DNA from: an uncultured Alphaproteobacteria bacterium
GTDB taxonomy: Bacteria > Pseudomonadota > Alphaproteobacteria > Methylaequorales > Methylaequoraceae
Length of the DNA: 64,000 nt
NCBI GenBank assembly: GCA_902526865.1
Contig: CABZMK010000001.1
Location: forward strand, 45,768 to 109,767
Direction of reading: 5' to 3'
Of this stretch, positions 9,876 through 20,646 are shown piece by piece. Every line of letters begins with the position of its first letter. Positions within the stretch are counted from its first letter, which is position 1. The position numbers and the translations under genes were made by a program. The notes beneath the pieces are model-generated. The model saw only the letters and a program-made list of their open reading frames with translations, was not told the DNA's origin and searched no databases.

Positions 9876-11159
9876 TTAACCCAAAATAAATAATGTACCT
9901 TTTTTTGAAATTAGAATTATTTGCTCTCCTATATTAATTGGATTTGATACAAGTTCTTCAAAGAAATTAATTTTACTTAATAATTTTCCAGTAAATGGTG
10001 AAATTGAAATTACTTGTCCATCAGAATTATTTAAAATCAATTTATTTGAACTTAGAAGTGGCCCATACCAACTAACTTCTTCTCCATCATTAGAAACTTT
10101 TAACTGGACAGCCCACAACAATTTTCCGTTCATTTTATCGATACACAATAGTCTTCCTAAAGTATCTATTAAATAAATTGAACTTCCAGAAACAACAAAA
10201 GGATTTATTGAAGATAATTTAAGGTTCCATATTTTATCTCCATTACTAATTTCATAAGCTATAAATTTGTCTGAAAATGATGGAACAAATACCTTATCCC
10301 CTACAATTGAAATAGGTGATTGAATATCATTTAAAGATGATTTATTAAAAAAATTTCCGGAGGTTACATTATCGAACCATATTAAAGTTCCATCATTATG
10401 ATCAAGTGCATAAATTTCACCAGAAGAATAAGAAATTATTACAATATTCTCTGTAACTACCGGTTTTGAACCACCAATGATCGAAACTTCCTCGAGATTA
10501 CCAACATGGGACCACATTAGATTCCCATCTTTTGTATTTAAAGAGAAAGTTTGATTGTCATCGGATACAACAATTATTTTATTTTTAAATACAAGAGGAG
10601 GTCTTGAAAATTGAACTAATAATTTTTTTTTCCACAATATCTTTCCGTTTTCTGCATTTATAGAATAAATGTTTCCCAAACCAGAAGTAATAAATAATTC
10701 ATTTTTATGCAGAGAAAAACCACCTATAAACGGCAAATTTTCTGTTTTTTCATTTTCCAGTCTAACAATCCAATTAATTTTTCCATTATCTAGCCTTGTG
10801 GAATAAACGTTAAAGTCGTTGTCTGCATAATATACGTTGTTTAAATCAAAAACTGGGATCGTAACATGATCTATCTTATCAAAGGCAATATCATTGAGTT
10901 TTATTTTTTTTTTTAGTGAAAGTTTTGATTTACTCTTAAAATGGAATAAATGATTTCGTTCGTTTTGATATTGCTGTGACCACGAATCAACAGAAATACT
11001 TTTGTCTATTTTGATTCTTTGGTTTGACTTAAGGATTATGTCATCTTCAAACTTAAAAACATTTTCTCTTTTTCCTGGAAGAATTTCTTCAGTTTCATCA
11101 AAGTAAGCACATGAATTAAAAAAAAAAAACCAGATTATTATTATAATTTTTTTTTTCAA
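9876..11159 (-). CDS. bamB: PQQ-repeat beta-propeller lipoprotein, BamB-like
   Basis: 427 aa; signal/lipobox-like N-terminus (FFFNSCAYF); repeated PQQ-like beta-propeller motifs; conserved position between yfgM-like and der. Confidence 0.65.
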   Translation of the reverse strand: MKKKIIIIIWFFFFNSCAYFDETEEILPGKRENVFKFEDDIILKSNQRIKIDKSISVDSWSQQYQNERNHLFHFKSKSKLSLKKKIKLNDIAFDKIDHVTIPVFDLNNVYYADNDFNVYSTRLDNGKINWIVRLENEKTENLPFIGGFSLHKNELFITSGLGNIYSINAENGKILWKKKLLVQFSRPPLVFKNKIIVVSDDNQTFSLNTKDGNLMWSHVGNLEEVSIIGGSKPVVTENIVIISYSSGEIYALDHNDGTLIWFDNVTSGNFFNKSSLNDIQSPISIVGDKVFVPSFSDKFIAYEISNGDKIWNLKLSSINPFVVSGSSIYLIDTLGRLLCIDKMNGKLLWAVQLKVSNDGEEVSWYGPLLSSNKLILNNSDGQVISISPFTGKLLSKINFFEELVSNPINIGEQIILISKKGTLFILG

Positions 11160-11160
11160 T

Positions 11161-11805
11161 TTATTCTTTCTTTAAAAAATCAATCATATTTTGGGCTCTT
11201 AAACCTAATGAAGCTGGTTTATTTGGAAGCATTTTAATTTCTTCAAAAGTTTCTAATGCTTCTTTCTTTTTATCATTTTTTAAATAAATGAAAGCAGTCA
11301 ATTCAAGTGCTGATGATTTCCAGATCAAACTATTTTTTAATGGACCCAATTTATCTAAAAGTTTTTCTGGCGGTTCAAAATCTAAAGAATTCATTACAAA
11401 AAGGATTGTAGCGATGTCTCTGAATGATTGATCAACTGCATTTTTTTCAAGATCTAAATAAATATCAAGTCCTTCATTTCTATCGCCTTTAGCAATTAGT
11501 ATGGATGCTTTTTTTATTTTTGCCATAGTTACATATCCATCTGAACCTTTATCTACTATTCTGTCTAGTGCAAGCAATGCCGCGTCAATATCTTCTTCAT
11601 TTGAAAGTTCAACTGCTGCAGAGAAATCATCACCGAGTTGTTGTTTAGTTTTATTTGTGTAATTTTCCCAAAATACATATCCGCTTGTACTTAAAATTAC
11701 ACCTAAAGAAATACTGACAACATAAGGAAGTATTCTTTTCCAAAGTTTAAGTCTTTTCTCTTCTTTTAAATCCTCATCAACTTCTCTAATAAATTCTTCG
11801 CTCAT
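11161..11805 (-). CDS. YfgM-like membrane-anchored TPR protein
   Basis: 214 aa; single N-terminal TM and TPR-like helical domain; conserved yfgM-bamB-der gene order. Confidence 0.45.
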   Translation of the reverse strand: MSEEFIREVDEDLKEEKRLKLWKRILPYVVSISLGVILSTSGYVFWENYTNKTKQQLGDDFSAAVELSNEEDIDAALLALDRIVDKGSDGYVTMAKIKKASILIAKGDRNEGLDIYLDLEKNAVDQSFRDIATILFVMNSLDFEPPEKLLDKLGPLKNSLIWKSSALELTAFIYLKNDKKKEALETFEEIKMLPNKPASLGLRAQNMIDFLKKE

Positions 11806-11890
11806 TTTTTTATTTATTTTCTCAATTTGTTTAATATCATATATGTAATGTATTTATATTCTATCAAATTAAAATTTCAATTTTATATTT

Positions 11891-12199
11891 ATGAATAATT
11901 TAAAGAAATCCAAAATCATTAGGTTTAAAAAAGAAGAAATACATGAAATTATGGAATTATATTCGAAAAAAATTTCGATAGGTGAATGGAAAGATTATTC
12001 AATAACTTTTCAAAACAGTTACGCTGTATTTGCGATTCATAGATCATTTAAGCACGGACCTTCCTTAGAGATAAAAAAGAATTACAAAAATGACAGTTTT
12101 TTTACACTTTCATCTCAAAATAATATTTTAACAAGTTCTAAAAGTTTAAGAAAAGTGATTAATTACTTAAAGAAACCATATTTAAAGTTAGTCAAATAG
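11891..12199 (+). CDS. Hypothetical small protein (102 aa)
   Basis: ORF only; basic; no recognised motif. Confidence 0.3.
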   Translation: MNNLKKSKIIRFKKEEIHEIMELYSKKISIGEWKDYSITFQNSYAVFAIHRSFKHGPSLEIKKNYKNDSFFTLSSQNNILTSSKSLRKVINYLKKPYLKLVK

Positions 12200-12670
12200 T
12201 TTTTTCATTCCAGAGGTATAACTATCATTTCTACTTTTTGAAAGTCTTTGATAACCCATAACTCCACTGAAGAGATAATCCTTAGTTCCAGATTCCCAAA
12301 TAATTTGTAAGTTTCCATCAACAATTGTCCAATTACCTTTTTCTCCATTTCCATAATTAGTTAAAGCTGTGCCATCATCATTTATTTCAATCAGGAATTC
12401 TGATTGCCATTTATCCAATGCTTTCCATTTACCTACCCATAACTCATTTGAAAAGCATTCAGTAAAAAAAATCAAAAATAAAACTATTATAGTTGTTAAC
12501 TTTCTATTTTTTAAAATAGAAATTATATTTCTTTTCTTATTATCTGAATATTTAGACCAATTACTAATTTCTTCGGGAGTCCTCAAGCAACCCTCACATA
12601 AATTGTTTTTTGGATTTAATTTACATACATTTGTACATGGAGATTTTGTTATCATGTTGTTAGATTCCAT
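12188..12670 (-). CDS. DUF1289-like Cys-rich (Fe-S?) N-domain protein with TM and C-terminal periplasmic domain
   Basis: N-terminal CTNVCKLNPKNNLCEGC four-Cys motif characteristic of DUF1289/YdhL-type proteins; one TM. Confidence 0.45.
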   Translation of the reverse strand: MESNNMITKSPCTNVCKLNPKNNLCEGCLRTPEEISNWSKYSDNKKRNIISILKNRKLTTIIVLFLIFFTECFSNELWVGKWKALDKWQSEFLIEINDDGTALTNYGNGEKGNWTIVDGNLQIIWESGTKDYLFSGVMGYQRLSKSRNDSYTSGMKKLFD

Positions 12671-13272
12671 CCTCTTATTACATATTCAACTGCTAAAGCA
12701 CCTAAAATTAATCCAAATAACTTTTGTAGGACATTCAAAATAGTTTTGTTAAACAGCTTCATAAAAAAATTAGAAAAGATGATAATTATAGAAGTCAAAA
12801 ATAATGTCAATACTATTGGAAAGATTTGGGTATAAAAACTCACCATTGTGTAGTTAATATCTTTTGAAATTAAAACTGATAGTGTGATAGCTGAAGGACC
12901 AGCAACTAATGGAATTGAAATAGGAAATACAGCCAAATTATTCAATTCATGCTCATCAATTAATTCATTGGCGATTGTTGTCTTTCTTTTAACCCTTTTT
13001 TCAAATACCATTTCATAAGAAATAATTAAAAGGAAGAAACCTCCAATAATTTGGAAAGATGATATAGATATACCCATAAAGACTAAAAAAGAATTACCAT
13101 ATAATGAAAAAAAGATTAATACACCACATGTAATCAAAAATACAAAACCAGAGAGTTTAATTGTTTTTTTTGTATTTAAACCTTGAGTGATTATTGTTAA
13201 AATAGGTATTAAAGAAATAGGATCAATAGCAACGAATGCTTTTAAAAAATTCTGGAGAAACAAATCATGCAT
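12652..13272 (-). CDS. marC: MarC-family (UPF0056) integral membrane protein
   Basis: 206 aa, six predicted TM segments; MarC family-like N-terminus (FVAIDPISLIPILT). Confidence 0.6.
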   Translation of the reverse strand: MHDLFLQNFLKAFVAIDPISLIPILTIITQGLNTKKTIKLSGFVFLITCGVLIFFSLYGNSFLVFMGISISSFQIIGGFFLLIISYEMVFEKRVKRKTTIANELIDEHELNNLAVFPISIPLVAGPSAITLSVLISKDINYTMVSFYTQIFPIVLTLFLTSIIIIFSNFFMKLFNKTILNVLQKLFGLILGALAVEYVIRGWNLTT

Positions 13273-14178
13273 AAAAAAAAATTTATAGTATCCAGCTTTT
13301 ATAAATTTGTCTATCTAAGAAATCCTGCTGTAATTAAAAAAAAACTATTAATTAATTTAGAAAAATTCAAAATTAAAGGAACCTTCATCCTTGGAACAGA
13401 AGGTATCAATGCTTCTTTTTCTGTGTCAACAGAACAATTTGATAAAGTTAAAGATTCAATACGAAATTTAATTTCAACTGAAATTAAATTTAAAAATCAA
13501 TTTAATAATAATCATTCTTTTTTAAGACTGAAAATCAAAGAAAAACAAGAAATTATATCTCTAGGACAAAAAAATGTTTCTCCAGAAGAAACAACTGGTT
13601 TTTTTGTTGCCCCTGATTCGTGGGACAAGTTTATTTGTGATCCAGATTCTATAATTATTGATACAAGAAATGAATATGAATCTGATATAGGTTCTTTTAA
13701 AAAGTCTGTAAAAACTAAAACTAATAATTTTAGAGAATTTCCAATTTGGTTTGAAAAACATAAGAAAAAACTTTTTGAAAAAAAAATCGGAATGTTTTGT
13801 ACTGGCGGGATCAGATGTGAAAAAGCAAGTAATTTTTTAATCAATAAGGGATATAAAAACATCTTTCAACTTGATGGTGGAATTATTGAATATTTAAATA
13901 AAACTAAAAATAAGAGTAAGATGTGGAAAGGTGAATGTTTCGTTTTTGATGAAAGAGTTTCATTAAATGATAAACTTGAAAAAGGATTGTATTCACAATG
14001 TTTTGCTTGTAGAGCTGCTTTAACTTACGTTGACACTAAATCAAGGTATTTTAAATTAGGAGTATCGTGCCCAAAATGTTTTAAAGAAAAATCGAAAAAG
14101 CAAAAAGCTAGGTATAAGGAACGACGAAGACAAATGCAAATTGCAAAAAAAAAAGGAATGAAACATATAGGTAGTTAG
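13267..14178 (+). CDS. trhO: Rhodanese-domain protein TrhO/YceA family (tRNA U34 hydroxylase-like)
   Basis: 303 aa; UPF0176 N-domain, rhodanese domain with active-site Cys ([12 protein letters not shown]), C-terminal Cys pairs and Lys-rich tail. Confidence 0.7.
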   Translation: MHKKKFIVSSFYKFVYLRNPAVIKKKLLINLEKFKIKGTFILGTEGINASFSVSTEQFDKVKDSIRNLISTEIKFKNQFNNNHSFLRLKIKEKQEIISLGQKNVSPEETTGFFVAPDSWDKFICDPDSIIIDTRNEYESDIGSFKKSVKTKTNNFREFPIWFEKHKKKLFEKKIGMFCTGGIRCEKASNFLINKGYKNIFQLDGGIIEYLNKTKNKSKMWKGECFVFDERVSLNDKLEKGLYSQCFACRAALTYVDTKSRYFKLGVSCPKCFKEKSKKQKARYKERRRQMQIAKKKGMKHIGS

Positions 14179-15239
14179 TCATTTCCGAGTTTTGGAATTG
14201 AGTATTTTTTCATTTTTTCAATTAAAGTTGTTCTATTTATTTTCAAGCATTTTGAGGCCTCAGTTACAGATCCGTTGCTTTTTTTTAGTGCTCCTTCTAT
14301 TAAATTAAATTCAACATCGCTTAAGTGTCTTCTAAGATCTATTTTATCTAAAAAGTCGAACCATTTTTTATAATGATTTGGGTGTGGCATTGAATCAGAA
14401 TGAGAACTTGCTTCAATTTGAATTGGAGAAAGGTCGGAGGTCATTGTCCATAACTCCTCTTTCTCCTGTGAGATGTCAGGTAGATTAATTTTTAAAAGAT
14501 TTTCTTTAATATTTTTGCCATTGATTTTTTTATCTGGAAAAATTATTACTGCTCTCTCAATAACATTTTTTAACTCTCTTACATTACCTGGCCATACATA
14601 TTCCTGAAGTGCTTTTATGCCTGTATTATCAATTTGAGGAATAATAGATCCATTGTATTTTAAATCGTCTAAAATATGATTTACAAGAATTGGGATATCA
14701 TCCTTTCTCTCTGCAAGCGAAGGAATTTCAATTGGAAAAACGTTTATCCTAAAAAATAAATCTGCCCTAAAATGACCCTCATCAATTTTTTTTTCAATGT
14801 CTTGGTGTGTAGCACAAATCAGTCTTAAATTAAGATCAATTTCTTTTCTGCCTCCAACACGTTGAATTTTTCTAGTTTCAATTGCCCTTAGTAATTTAGC
14901 CTGAAGTGCCATAGGCATGTCACCTATTTCATCCAAAAATAAGGTGCCATTGTTAGAGGCCTCAAATCTTCCTTCTCTTTTTGAGTCTGCACCAGTAAAT
15001 GCACCTTTTTCATGACCAAATAGCTCAGATTCTAAAAGCTCGGACGGGATTGCTGCACAATTAACGTTTATTAATTCACCATTTCTTTTTGATGATTCAT
15101 GAATAGCCCTAGCAACTACATCTTTACCACACCCTGTCTCACCTCTGAGTAAAACTGTTGAGTTTGATTTTGCAACCATCTCTACAAGTTTTTTTAATTG
15201 TAAAGTTACCTCACATTTTCCTTTGATGATTTCTGACAT
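14175..15239 (-). CDS. Sigma54-dependent transcriptional activator (AAA+ domain plus Fis-type HTH, no receiver domain); FleQ-like flagellar master regulator candidate
   Basis: 354 aa; Walker [15 protein letters not shown] motif ([10 protein letters not shown]), C-terminal HTH ([16 protein letters not shown]); divergent from the fleT-fliE operon. Confidence 0.8.
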   Translation of the reverse strand: MSEIIKGKCEVTLQLKKLVEMVAKSNSTVLLRGETGCGKDVVARAIHESSKRNGELINVNCAAIPSELLESELFGHEKGAFTGADSKREGRFEASNNGTLFLDEIGDMPMALQAKLLRAIETRKIQRVGGRKEIDLNLRLICATHQDIEKKIDEGHFRADLFFRINVFPIEIPSLAERKDDIPILVNHILDDLKYNGSIIPQIDNTGIKALQEYVWPGNVRELKNVIERAVIIFPDKKINGKNIKENLLKINLPDISQEKEELWTMTSDLSPIQIEASSHSDSMPHPNHYKKWFDFLDKIDLRRHLSDVEFNLIEGALKKSNGSVTEASKCLKINRTTLIEKMKKYSIPKLGND

Positions 15240-15269
15240 AATAAATTAACTTATTTATAAATAAAATAA

Positions 15270-15285
15270 TGTCAGAAAACTGACA
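15270..15285. promoter_or_regulatory. 16-bp palindrome TGTCAGAAAACTGACA, candidate enhancer-binding-protein upstream activator site, about 110 bp upstream of a sigma54 promoter
   Basis: Perfect inverted repeat TGTCAG-N4-CTGACA in the divergent regulator intergenic region; near-identical copy at 25803-25818. Confidence 0.5.
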
Positions 15286-15381
15286 ATAATCAAATTTTAA
15301 AAAAAATAAAAAAAAAAAAAAGTTTCTAAGTAATTGATATCGCAAATTAAAATTAATTTAGTAAAAATTTATTTTCTTATT

Positions 15382-15397
15382 TGGCAATATTTTTGCT
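15382..15397 (+). promoter_or_regulatory. Sigma54 (-24/-12) promoter TGGCAA-N5-TTGCT
   Basis: GG-N10-GC spacing with TGGCA and TTGC flanks, immediately upstream of the second activator gene. Confidence 0.6.
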
Positions 15398-15430
15398 TTT
15401 AGATTGAAAACGAAAATAAAGGATTTAAAT

Positions 15431-16588
15431 ATGAAGGAAATATTTATTATTAAAGATTGTTTTGAAGTACACAATGATATACGCGATTTTTTTAGTAAAA
15501 AAGGAAAGGAAATAAAATTAATTGATTCTGATGAAATCAGCGAAATTAAAAGCTCTCAATCCATACTGATTATTGATAAAAAATTCGAAAACAAACAAGG
15601 TGGTAAATCAAATATTCTTAAAGTTGCTAGAAATATAGGTTCTACAAAGTTAATAGTTTTGGATTCAGGAAATGATTGTAGTTATGATTTAAAAAAAGAA
15701 ATGGGCGGAGCTTACATTCAAATTTCTTTCAAAATTATTGATGAGGTTATAAAAGAAATTATTTTTCAAATTATATCTAAGGAAAAGTACAGTTTCTCTG
15801 ATAAGAAAACACTTTCTTTAATAAACATGGTTGAAAAAGTTTCGAAAACTGATGTTACAGTATTCATTCATGGGCCAACCGGAACTGGAAAAGAAGTTAT
15901 TTCAAATCTTATTCATAAAAAGTCGGATAGACATGAAAAGCCTTTTATTGCGATTAATTGTGCTGCAATTCCAGAAAATATGCTTGAAGCAATGTTATTT
16001 GGACATGAAAAAGGCGCTTTTACAGGAGCTTCTTCTGCCAATAAAGGAATTTTTCGAGCTGCGGATAATGGCACACTACTTCTTGATGAAGTATCTGAAA
16101 TGCCGCTGTCCCTCCAAGCAAAACTTCTCAGGGTTCTCCAAGAAAAAAAAGTTACTCCCATTGGCGGACAAAGAGATATTGATGTAAATGTAAGAGTAAT
16201 TGCAACAACGAATAGAGATATGTTAGACGAAGTAAGAGAAAAAAAATTTAGAGAGGATTTATATTATAGACTTAATGTATTCCCAATAGAAACACATAAT
16301 TTATCTGAAAGACCTGATGATATTTTACCAATAAGTATTGCTCTGTTGAATAGACACACAGAAAACAGCCCCTTACCTTACATCAATAAAGATGCTCAAA
16401 AATTATTAAGAGAGTATAGTTGGCCTGGAAATGTTAGAGAGTTAGAAAATGTTCTACAAAGAGCCATAGTTCTTTGTGAAAAAAATATTATTGAGGGTAA
16501 AGACATAATGATAGATGTGTCAAAACAAAGTAATTTTTATAATAACATTCAAGAAAATTTATCAGAAAAAAAATTGATGCAAGCTTAA
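15431..16588 (+). CDS. Sigma54-dependent activator lacking an obvious C-terminal DNA-binding domain, with REC-like N-domain (FleT-like)
   Basis: AAA+ sigma54-interaction domain ([18 protein letters not shown]); no HTH after the AAA+ domain. ATG at 15431 has SD AAGGA; the ORF-track TTG at 15404 would precede the predicted transcription start. Confidence 0.75.
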   Translation: MKEIFIIKDCFEVHNDIRDFFSKKGKEIKLIDSDEISEIKSSQSILIIDKKFENKQGGKSNILKVARNIGSTKLIVLDSGNDCSYDLKKEMGGAYIQISFKIIDEVIKEIIFQIISKEKYSFSDKKTLSLINMVEKVSKTDVTVFIHGPTGTGKEVISNLIHKKSDRHEKPFIAINCAAIPENMLEAMLFGHEKGAFTGASSANKGIFRAADNGTLLLDEVSEMPLSLQAKLLRVLQEKKVTPIGGQRDIDVNVRVIATTNRDMLDEVREKKFREDLYYRLNVFPIETHNLSERPDDILPISIALLNRHTENSPLPYINKDAQKLLREYSWPGNVRELENVLQRAIVLCEKNIIEGKDIMIDVSKQSNFYNNIQENLSEKKLMQA

Positions 16589-16604
16589 TTTTGAAGGAGA
16601 AATC

Positions 16605-16943
16605 ATGAAACCAAATCTTACTAATTTAAAACCAACAGTGACTACACCGAACAATCTAAATGAAATAAAAAAAGTTCAAGAAGAGGTTGCAAATCTGTCT
16701 CCAAAAATAATGGAACCACAAGATGGTGGTTTTTTGGATAATATTAAGTCAGCGATTCAAGAGGTTTCTGATACTCAGAAACAAAGCGCTGAATTAACGA
16801 AAAACTTTGAGCTTGGTATAGAGAACGATCTAACCAAAGTTATGATTCAACAACAATTGTCCAGTTTAGGTTTTCAAATGACTTTAAACGTAAGAAATAA
16901 AGTCTTGAGCGCATATAAAGACATTATGAATATGCCTGTTTAA
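16605..16943 (+). CDS. fliE: Flagellar hook-basal body protein FliE
   Basis: 112 aa; C-terminus ...VRNKVLSAYKDIMNMPV matches the FliE signature; position before fliF. Confidence 0.75.
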   Translation: MKPNLTNLKPTVTTPNNLNEIKKVQEEVANLSPKIMEPQDGGFLDNIKSAIQEVSDTQKQSAELTKNFELGIENDLTKVMIQQQLSSLGFQMTLNVRNKVLSAYKDIMNMPV

Positions 16944-16960
16944 ATTAAAAGGAAAAAATT

Positions 16961-18685
16961 ATGGCTGAAGAAATTCAAACTACTGAAGTAACAAAAAATT
17001 CAATATCAAATCAAGGAATGCTATCAAATATAAGCAACTCTTTAGAAAAAATTAAAAAATTTTCTAATGAACCTGCTGTCCAAAGATCTATCCCAGTTAT
17101 GATAACCTTATTTGTTATTTTTCTTGGTTTAGTTTTTTTTATATCTTTCAAGGAACCACCTAGAACAAGTTTATTTGCATCATTACCTGAACATGAGAAA
17201 TCTAGAGTAATTGATGTTTTAAGGTCTAATGGTATTGATGTTTCAATTGACAGAACTACAGGTGAAATTTTAGTTCCATCACCAGAATATTATGAAGCAA
17301 AAATGAAGCTTGCCGCAGAGGGTTTGCCGAGTTCAGTTCCTCAGGGCTATGATATTCTTGAAAAAATCCCAATGGGAACAAGCAGATCAGTTGAATTTAT
17401 GAAAATGAAACAGACACAAGAAATAGAGCTTGCCAGATCGATAAATGAAATATCTAACATTATTGGTGCAAGGGTACATCTAGCAATTCCTGAAAAATCT
17501 GTTTTTGTCAGAGACTCCTCTCCGCCCACTGCATCTGTATTTGTAAAACTAGCTGATGGAAGAGCTTTAGGATTAGAGCAAATTAGATCAATTGTTCATA
17601 TAGTATCATCATCAATTCCTAATATGACTTCCGACAACGTAACAGTTGTAGATCAATATGGTTCGTTATTATCAAAACCAGAGGATGACCCCAATTTAGC
17701 GATGACAGAGAAACAATTATCTCATAGAGTAAAAATTGAATCTATATACAGAGAAAGAATTTTATCATTAGTTTCTCCAATCGTTGGTGCAGGTAATTTA
17801 ACAGCACAAGTAAATGTTGAAATGGATTTTACAAGCAATCAAACAACAGAAGAAATTTTTGATCCAGAGAGCATTTCAACTAGAAGTGAACAAAATAGTC
17901 AAGACGAATCCACTGATAGACCAGCAAGAGGTATTCCTGGTGCTGTAGCTAACCAAGCACCTCTAGCTGCTGATTTACAGGTTGCAGCTCCTGAAATTGG
18001 GGAGTCAGCAGAATTCAAGCAAAGATCATCCAGTAATGTTAAAAACTATGAAGTTAGTAAAAAACTTAGTACAACCGTTGGTCAAATTGGAAAAATTAAG
18101 AAAGTTAAGACGGCTGTTTTAGTTAAAAACAAAATGATTGAAACTCCAGAGGGCACAGTTGTCTCTGAGCCTATAAGTGAAGAAGATAGAGAAAAAATTA
18201 CTTCTCTTGTTAAAGAAGCGGTTGGTTTCAATGAGGATAGAGAAGACACAATTGTTGTAACCAGTGGAGATTTTATCCAAGAAATGGATGTTATTACAAC
18301 AAAATGGTATGAACAATCATGGTTTCAAAATATGATTGGTCAGTTATCGACTGTTCTAATTCTTGCAATCGTAACATTCGGTGCATTAAAGCCATTGTTA
18401 AATAGAATTTTAGTTCCTTCAGCTGGAACAGCTGCAGGTCCAGGTGGTACTTCTGAAGCTGATCTTGAGGCAGAAGAAGCAGAAGATGAAGTTCAAGTTC
18501 AAGAAGGCGAATCTCTTGAAGACATAAAAGCTAAACTTAAACCAAAAAAATCAACTATTTCAGCAGATATGCTCGATACGGCCAACACTTACGACGATAA
18601 AGTTGCGGTTATAAGGATGATAGTTGGAGATGAAGCTGGAAAAGTTTCAAATGTATTCAGACAACTTATGAAAAAAGATGTATAA
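16961..18685 (+). CDS. fliF: Flagellar M-ring protein FliF
   Basis: 574 aa; N-terminal TM, YscJ/FliF domain, C-terminal TM and acidic tail; followed by fliG. Confidence 0.85.
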   Translation: MAEEIQTTEVTKNSISNQGMLSNISNSLEKIKKFSNEPAVQRSIPVMITLFVIFLGLVFFISFKEPPRTSLFASLPEHEKSRVIDVLRSNGIDVSIDRTTGEILVPSPEYYEAKMKLAAEGLPSSVPQGYDILEKIPMGTSRSVEFMKMKQTQEIELARSINEISNIIGARVHLAIPEKSVFVRDSSPPTASVFVKLADGRALGLEQIRSIVHIVSSSIPNMTSDNVTVVDQYGSLLSKPEDDPNLAMTEKQLSHRVKIESIYRERILSLVSPIVGAGNLTAQVNVEMDFTSNQTTEEIFDPESISTRSEQNSQDESTDRPARGIPGAVANQAPLAADLQVAAPEIGESAEFKQRSSSNVKNYEVSKKLSTTVGQIGKIKKVKTAVLVKNKMIETPEGTVVSEPISEEDREKITSLVKEAVGFNEDREDTIVVTSGDFIQEMDVITTKWYEQSWFQNMIGQLSTVLILAIVTFGALKPLLNRILVPSAGTAAGPGGTSEADLEAEEAEDEVQVQEGESLEDIKAKLKPKKSTISADMLDTANTYDDKVAVIRMIVGDEAGKVSNVFRQLMKKDV

Positions 18686-18709
18686 TATAAATTAATAAGG
18701 AGTACCCAA

Positions 18710-19759
18710 ATGGCTGAAAAAGCTAAGGAAGAAAATAAAGAAGAAGAAGAAAAGTCGCAATATGAAAAATTAACAAGCACTCAAAAATGTGCTATTTTGA
18801 TGATGCTTTTAGGTGAGGAAGAGGCTTCAGAAATTTTAAAAAATTTGGGGCCAAAAGAAGTGCAGCAACTCGGTAAAGAGATGTACAATGTTCAAGGTTT
18901 AGATCAGGAAACTGTCAATAGAGTTTTAGACGAATTTTTAGCCATCATTAAAACACAAACTGATCTGGGAATGGGTTCTACAAACTACATTAGAAATGTA
19001 ATGACAAAAGCCTTAGGTGAAAATAAAGCTCAGTCTGTTCTTGGAAGAATTACTCCTACTGAAAGTGACAAACCAATAGAAATTTTAGATTGGATGGATG
19101 CCAGATCAGTCGCAGAATTAATTTCTGATGAACATCCACAAATAATGGCTTTGATAATTTCGTATTTAGAGCCTGGTGTTGCAGCAGATGTTTTAACTTT
19201 GCTACCTGAAGAAACTCAATCTGATATTATTCATCGTATTGCAACCCTAGAAACAGTTCAACCAGACGCTTTGGCAGAGTTGGAAAGAGTTATGCAACTT
19301 AAATTTAAAACAAACACTTCATTGCGAGCCTCCTCAGTCGGGGGAATAAAAGATGCTGCATCAATAATGAATTTTACAAAGCAGAATATGGAACAAAGAA
19401 TCATGAAAACGTTAGGTGAAAAGGATAGAAATTTAGCTAAAGAAATTCAGGAAAGTATGTTTACCTTTGATACATTAATTTTAATGGATGATAGAAGCAT
19501 GCAAACTTTATTAAGAAATGTTGATCAAGAAATTCTTATAATTGCCCTTAAAGGAACAGAAGACGAATTAAAAGACAAGATTTTCTCGTGCATGTCTCAA
19601 AGAGCTTCGGCAAACATCAGAGATGAAATGGAAGTACTTGGCCCACTGAGACTTACAGAGGTTCAAGAGGCTCAGAAGGCTATAATCAATGTAGCAAGAA
19701 CTATGTCAGACGAAGGAACAATTGTGCTTGCTGGAAGAGGTGGAGATGACTTCGTATGA
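18710..19759 (+). CDS. fliG: Flagellar motor switch protein FliG
   Basis: 349 aa; FliG N/M/C domains (AILMMLLGEEEASEILKNL; torque helix region). Confidence 0.85.
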   Translation: MAEKAKEENKEEEEKSQYEKLTSTQKCAILMMLLGEEEASEILKNLGPKEVQQLGKEMYNVQGLDQETVNRVLDEFLAIIKTQTDLGMGSTNYIRNVMTKALGENKAQSVLGRITPTESDKPIEILDWMDARSVAELISDEHPQIMALIISYLEPGVAADVLTLLPEETQSDIIHRIATLETVQPDALAELERVMQLKFKTNTSLRASSVGGIKDAASIMNFTKQNMEQRIMKTLGEKDRNLAKEIQESMFTFDTLILMDDRSMQTLLRNVDQEILIIALKGTEDELKDKIFSCMSQRASANIRDEMEVLGPLRLTEVQEAQKAIINVARTMSDEGTIVLAGRGGDDFV

Positions 19760-20622
19760 TGCCACTCACAGATAAAACCGTAGCTCAGCAAAAAAGTGAT
19801 GAAAAAATTTCTGGAGCACTAAGCACTGAAGAAATTGTTAGTTTATTAAATAAAAGTAATAAAGACTTCGTAAAAGAGTCAGATATTACTTCTAACATTA
19901 CCAATTTGTTTAAAAAAGTTACTCCGTTATCCCTCGCACAAAAAAATAAAGAAATAACATCAGAAAAAAAAGAAGAAGTAACAAAAGATTTGAATGAGGT
20001 TTCTGAAAGTAAGGATAAGGAACCAACAAGTGACATTATTGATGAAAAAAAACCAGAAAATGAAAAAGTATATACAGAAATAGAAGCACAAAAATTAGCC
20101 AATGATTTAGCAAAACAATATTACAATAATGGTTATAAACTTGGAGTAAAAAAAACTACTGAAGAGCTTCAAAAAGGAGAAAAATCTCTTGCTGTAACAC
20201 TTAAAAATACAACTGATAATATTTTTAAAATGACGCCAGAATTTGTAGATGAATTAAACAAATCAATAACAAATTTACTTTCAAATTTATCAAAAGAAGT
20301 TTTAGGTTACGAGATAGATAATAACAATAAATTATTTCAAGAAAAAATTAAGCAAGTTGTCAATTCAGTTGAAAACTCAATTGAAAAAATTGTAGTTTTT
20401 TTAAATCCTAAAGATTTTGAAGCTATAAAAGTTTACAACAGTAAAAATAATTTAAGTTTATCATTTGAAATAAATCAAGATGCAAAACTTGAACGAGGTG
20501 ATATGAGAATAAAATCGGGATCAATAGAGATGAGTGACATTGTTTCTAAAAAAATCAAATATTCAATACCTAATGAAATTGAGAAAGATCTTGAAGATGT
20601 CAAATTAAATGCTCAAAAATAA
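19756..20622 (+). CDS. fliH: Flagellar export protein FliH (by position and composition)
   Basis: 288 aa charged coiled-coil protein between fliG and fliI; 4-bp overlap with fliG. Confidence 0.55.
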   Translation: MMPLTDKTVAQQKSDEKISGALSTEEIVSLLNKSNKDFVKESDITSNITNLFKKVTPLSLAQKNKEITSEKKEEVTKDLNEVSESKDKEPTSDIIDEKKPENEKVYTEIEAQKLANDLAKQYYNNGYKLGVKKTTEELQKGEKSLAVTLKNTTDNIFKMTPEFVDELNKSITNLLSNLSKEVLGYEIDNNNKLFQEKIKQVVNSVENSIEKIVVFLNPKDFEAIKVYNSKNNLSLSFEINQDAKLERGDMRIKSGSIEMSDIVSKKIKYSIPNEIEKDLEDVKLNAQK

Positions 20623-20646
20623 ACTTTTATTTAGAATTAAACATAA

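Noticed and set aside
14175-15239. Considered calling the first EBP an NtrC/FlbD-type response regulator
   Set aside because: The protein begins directly at the AAA+ domain (Walker A within the first 40 residues). There is no receiver domain and no phospho-acceptor Asp region, so it is not a two-component response regulator. No sensor kinase gene is nearby.
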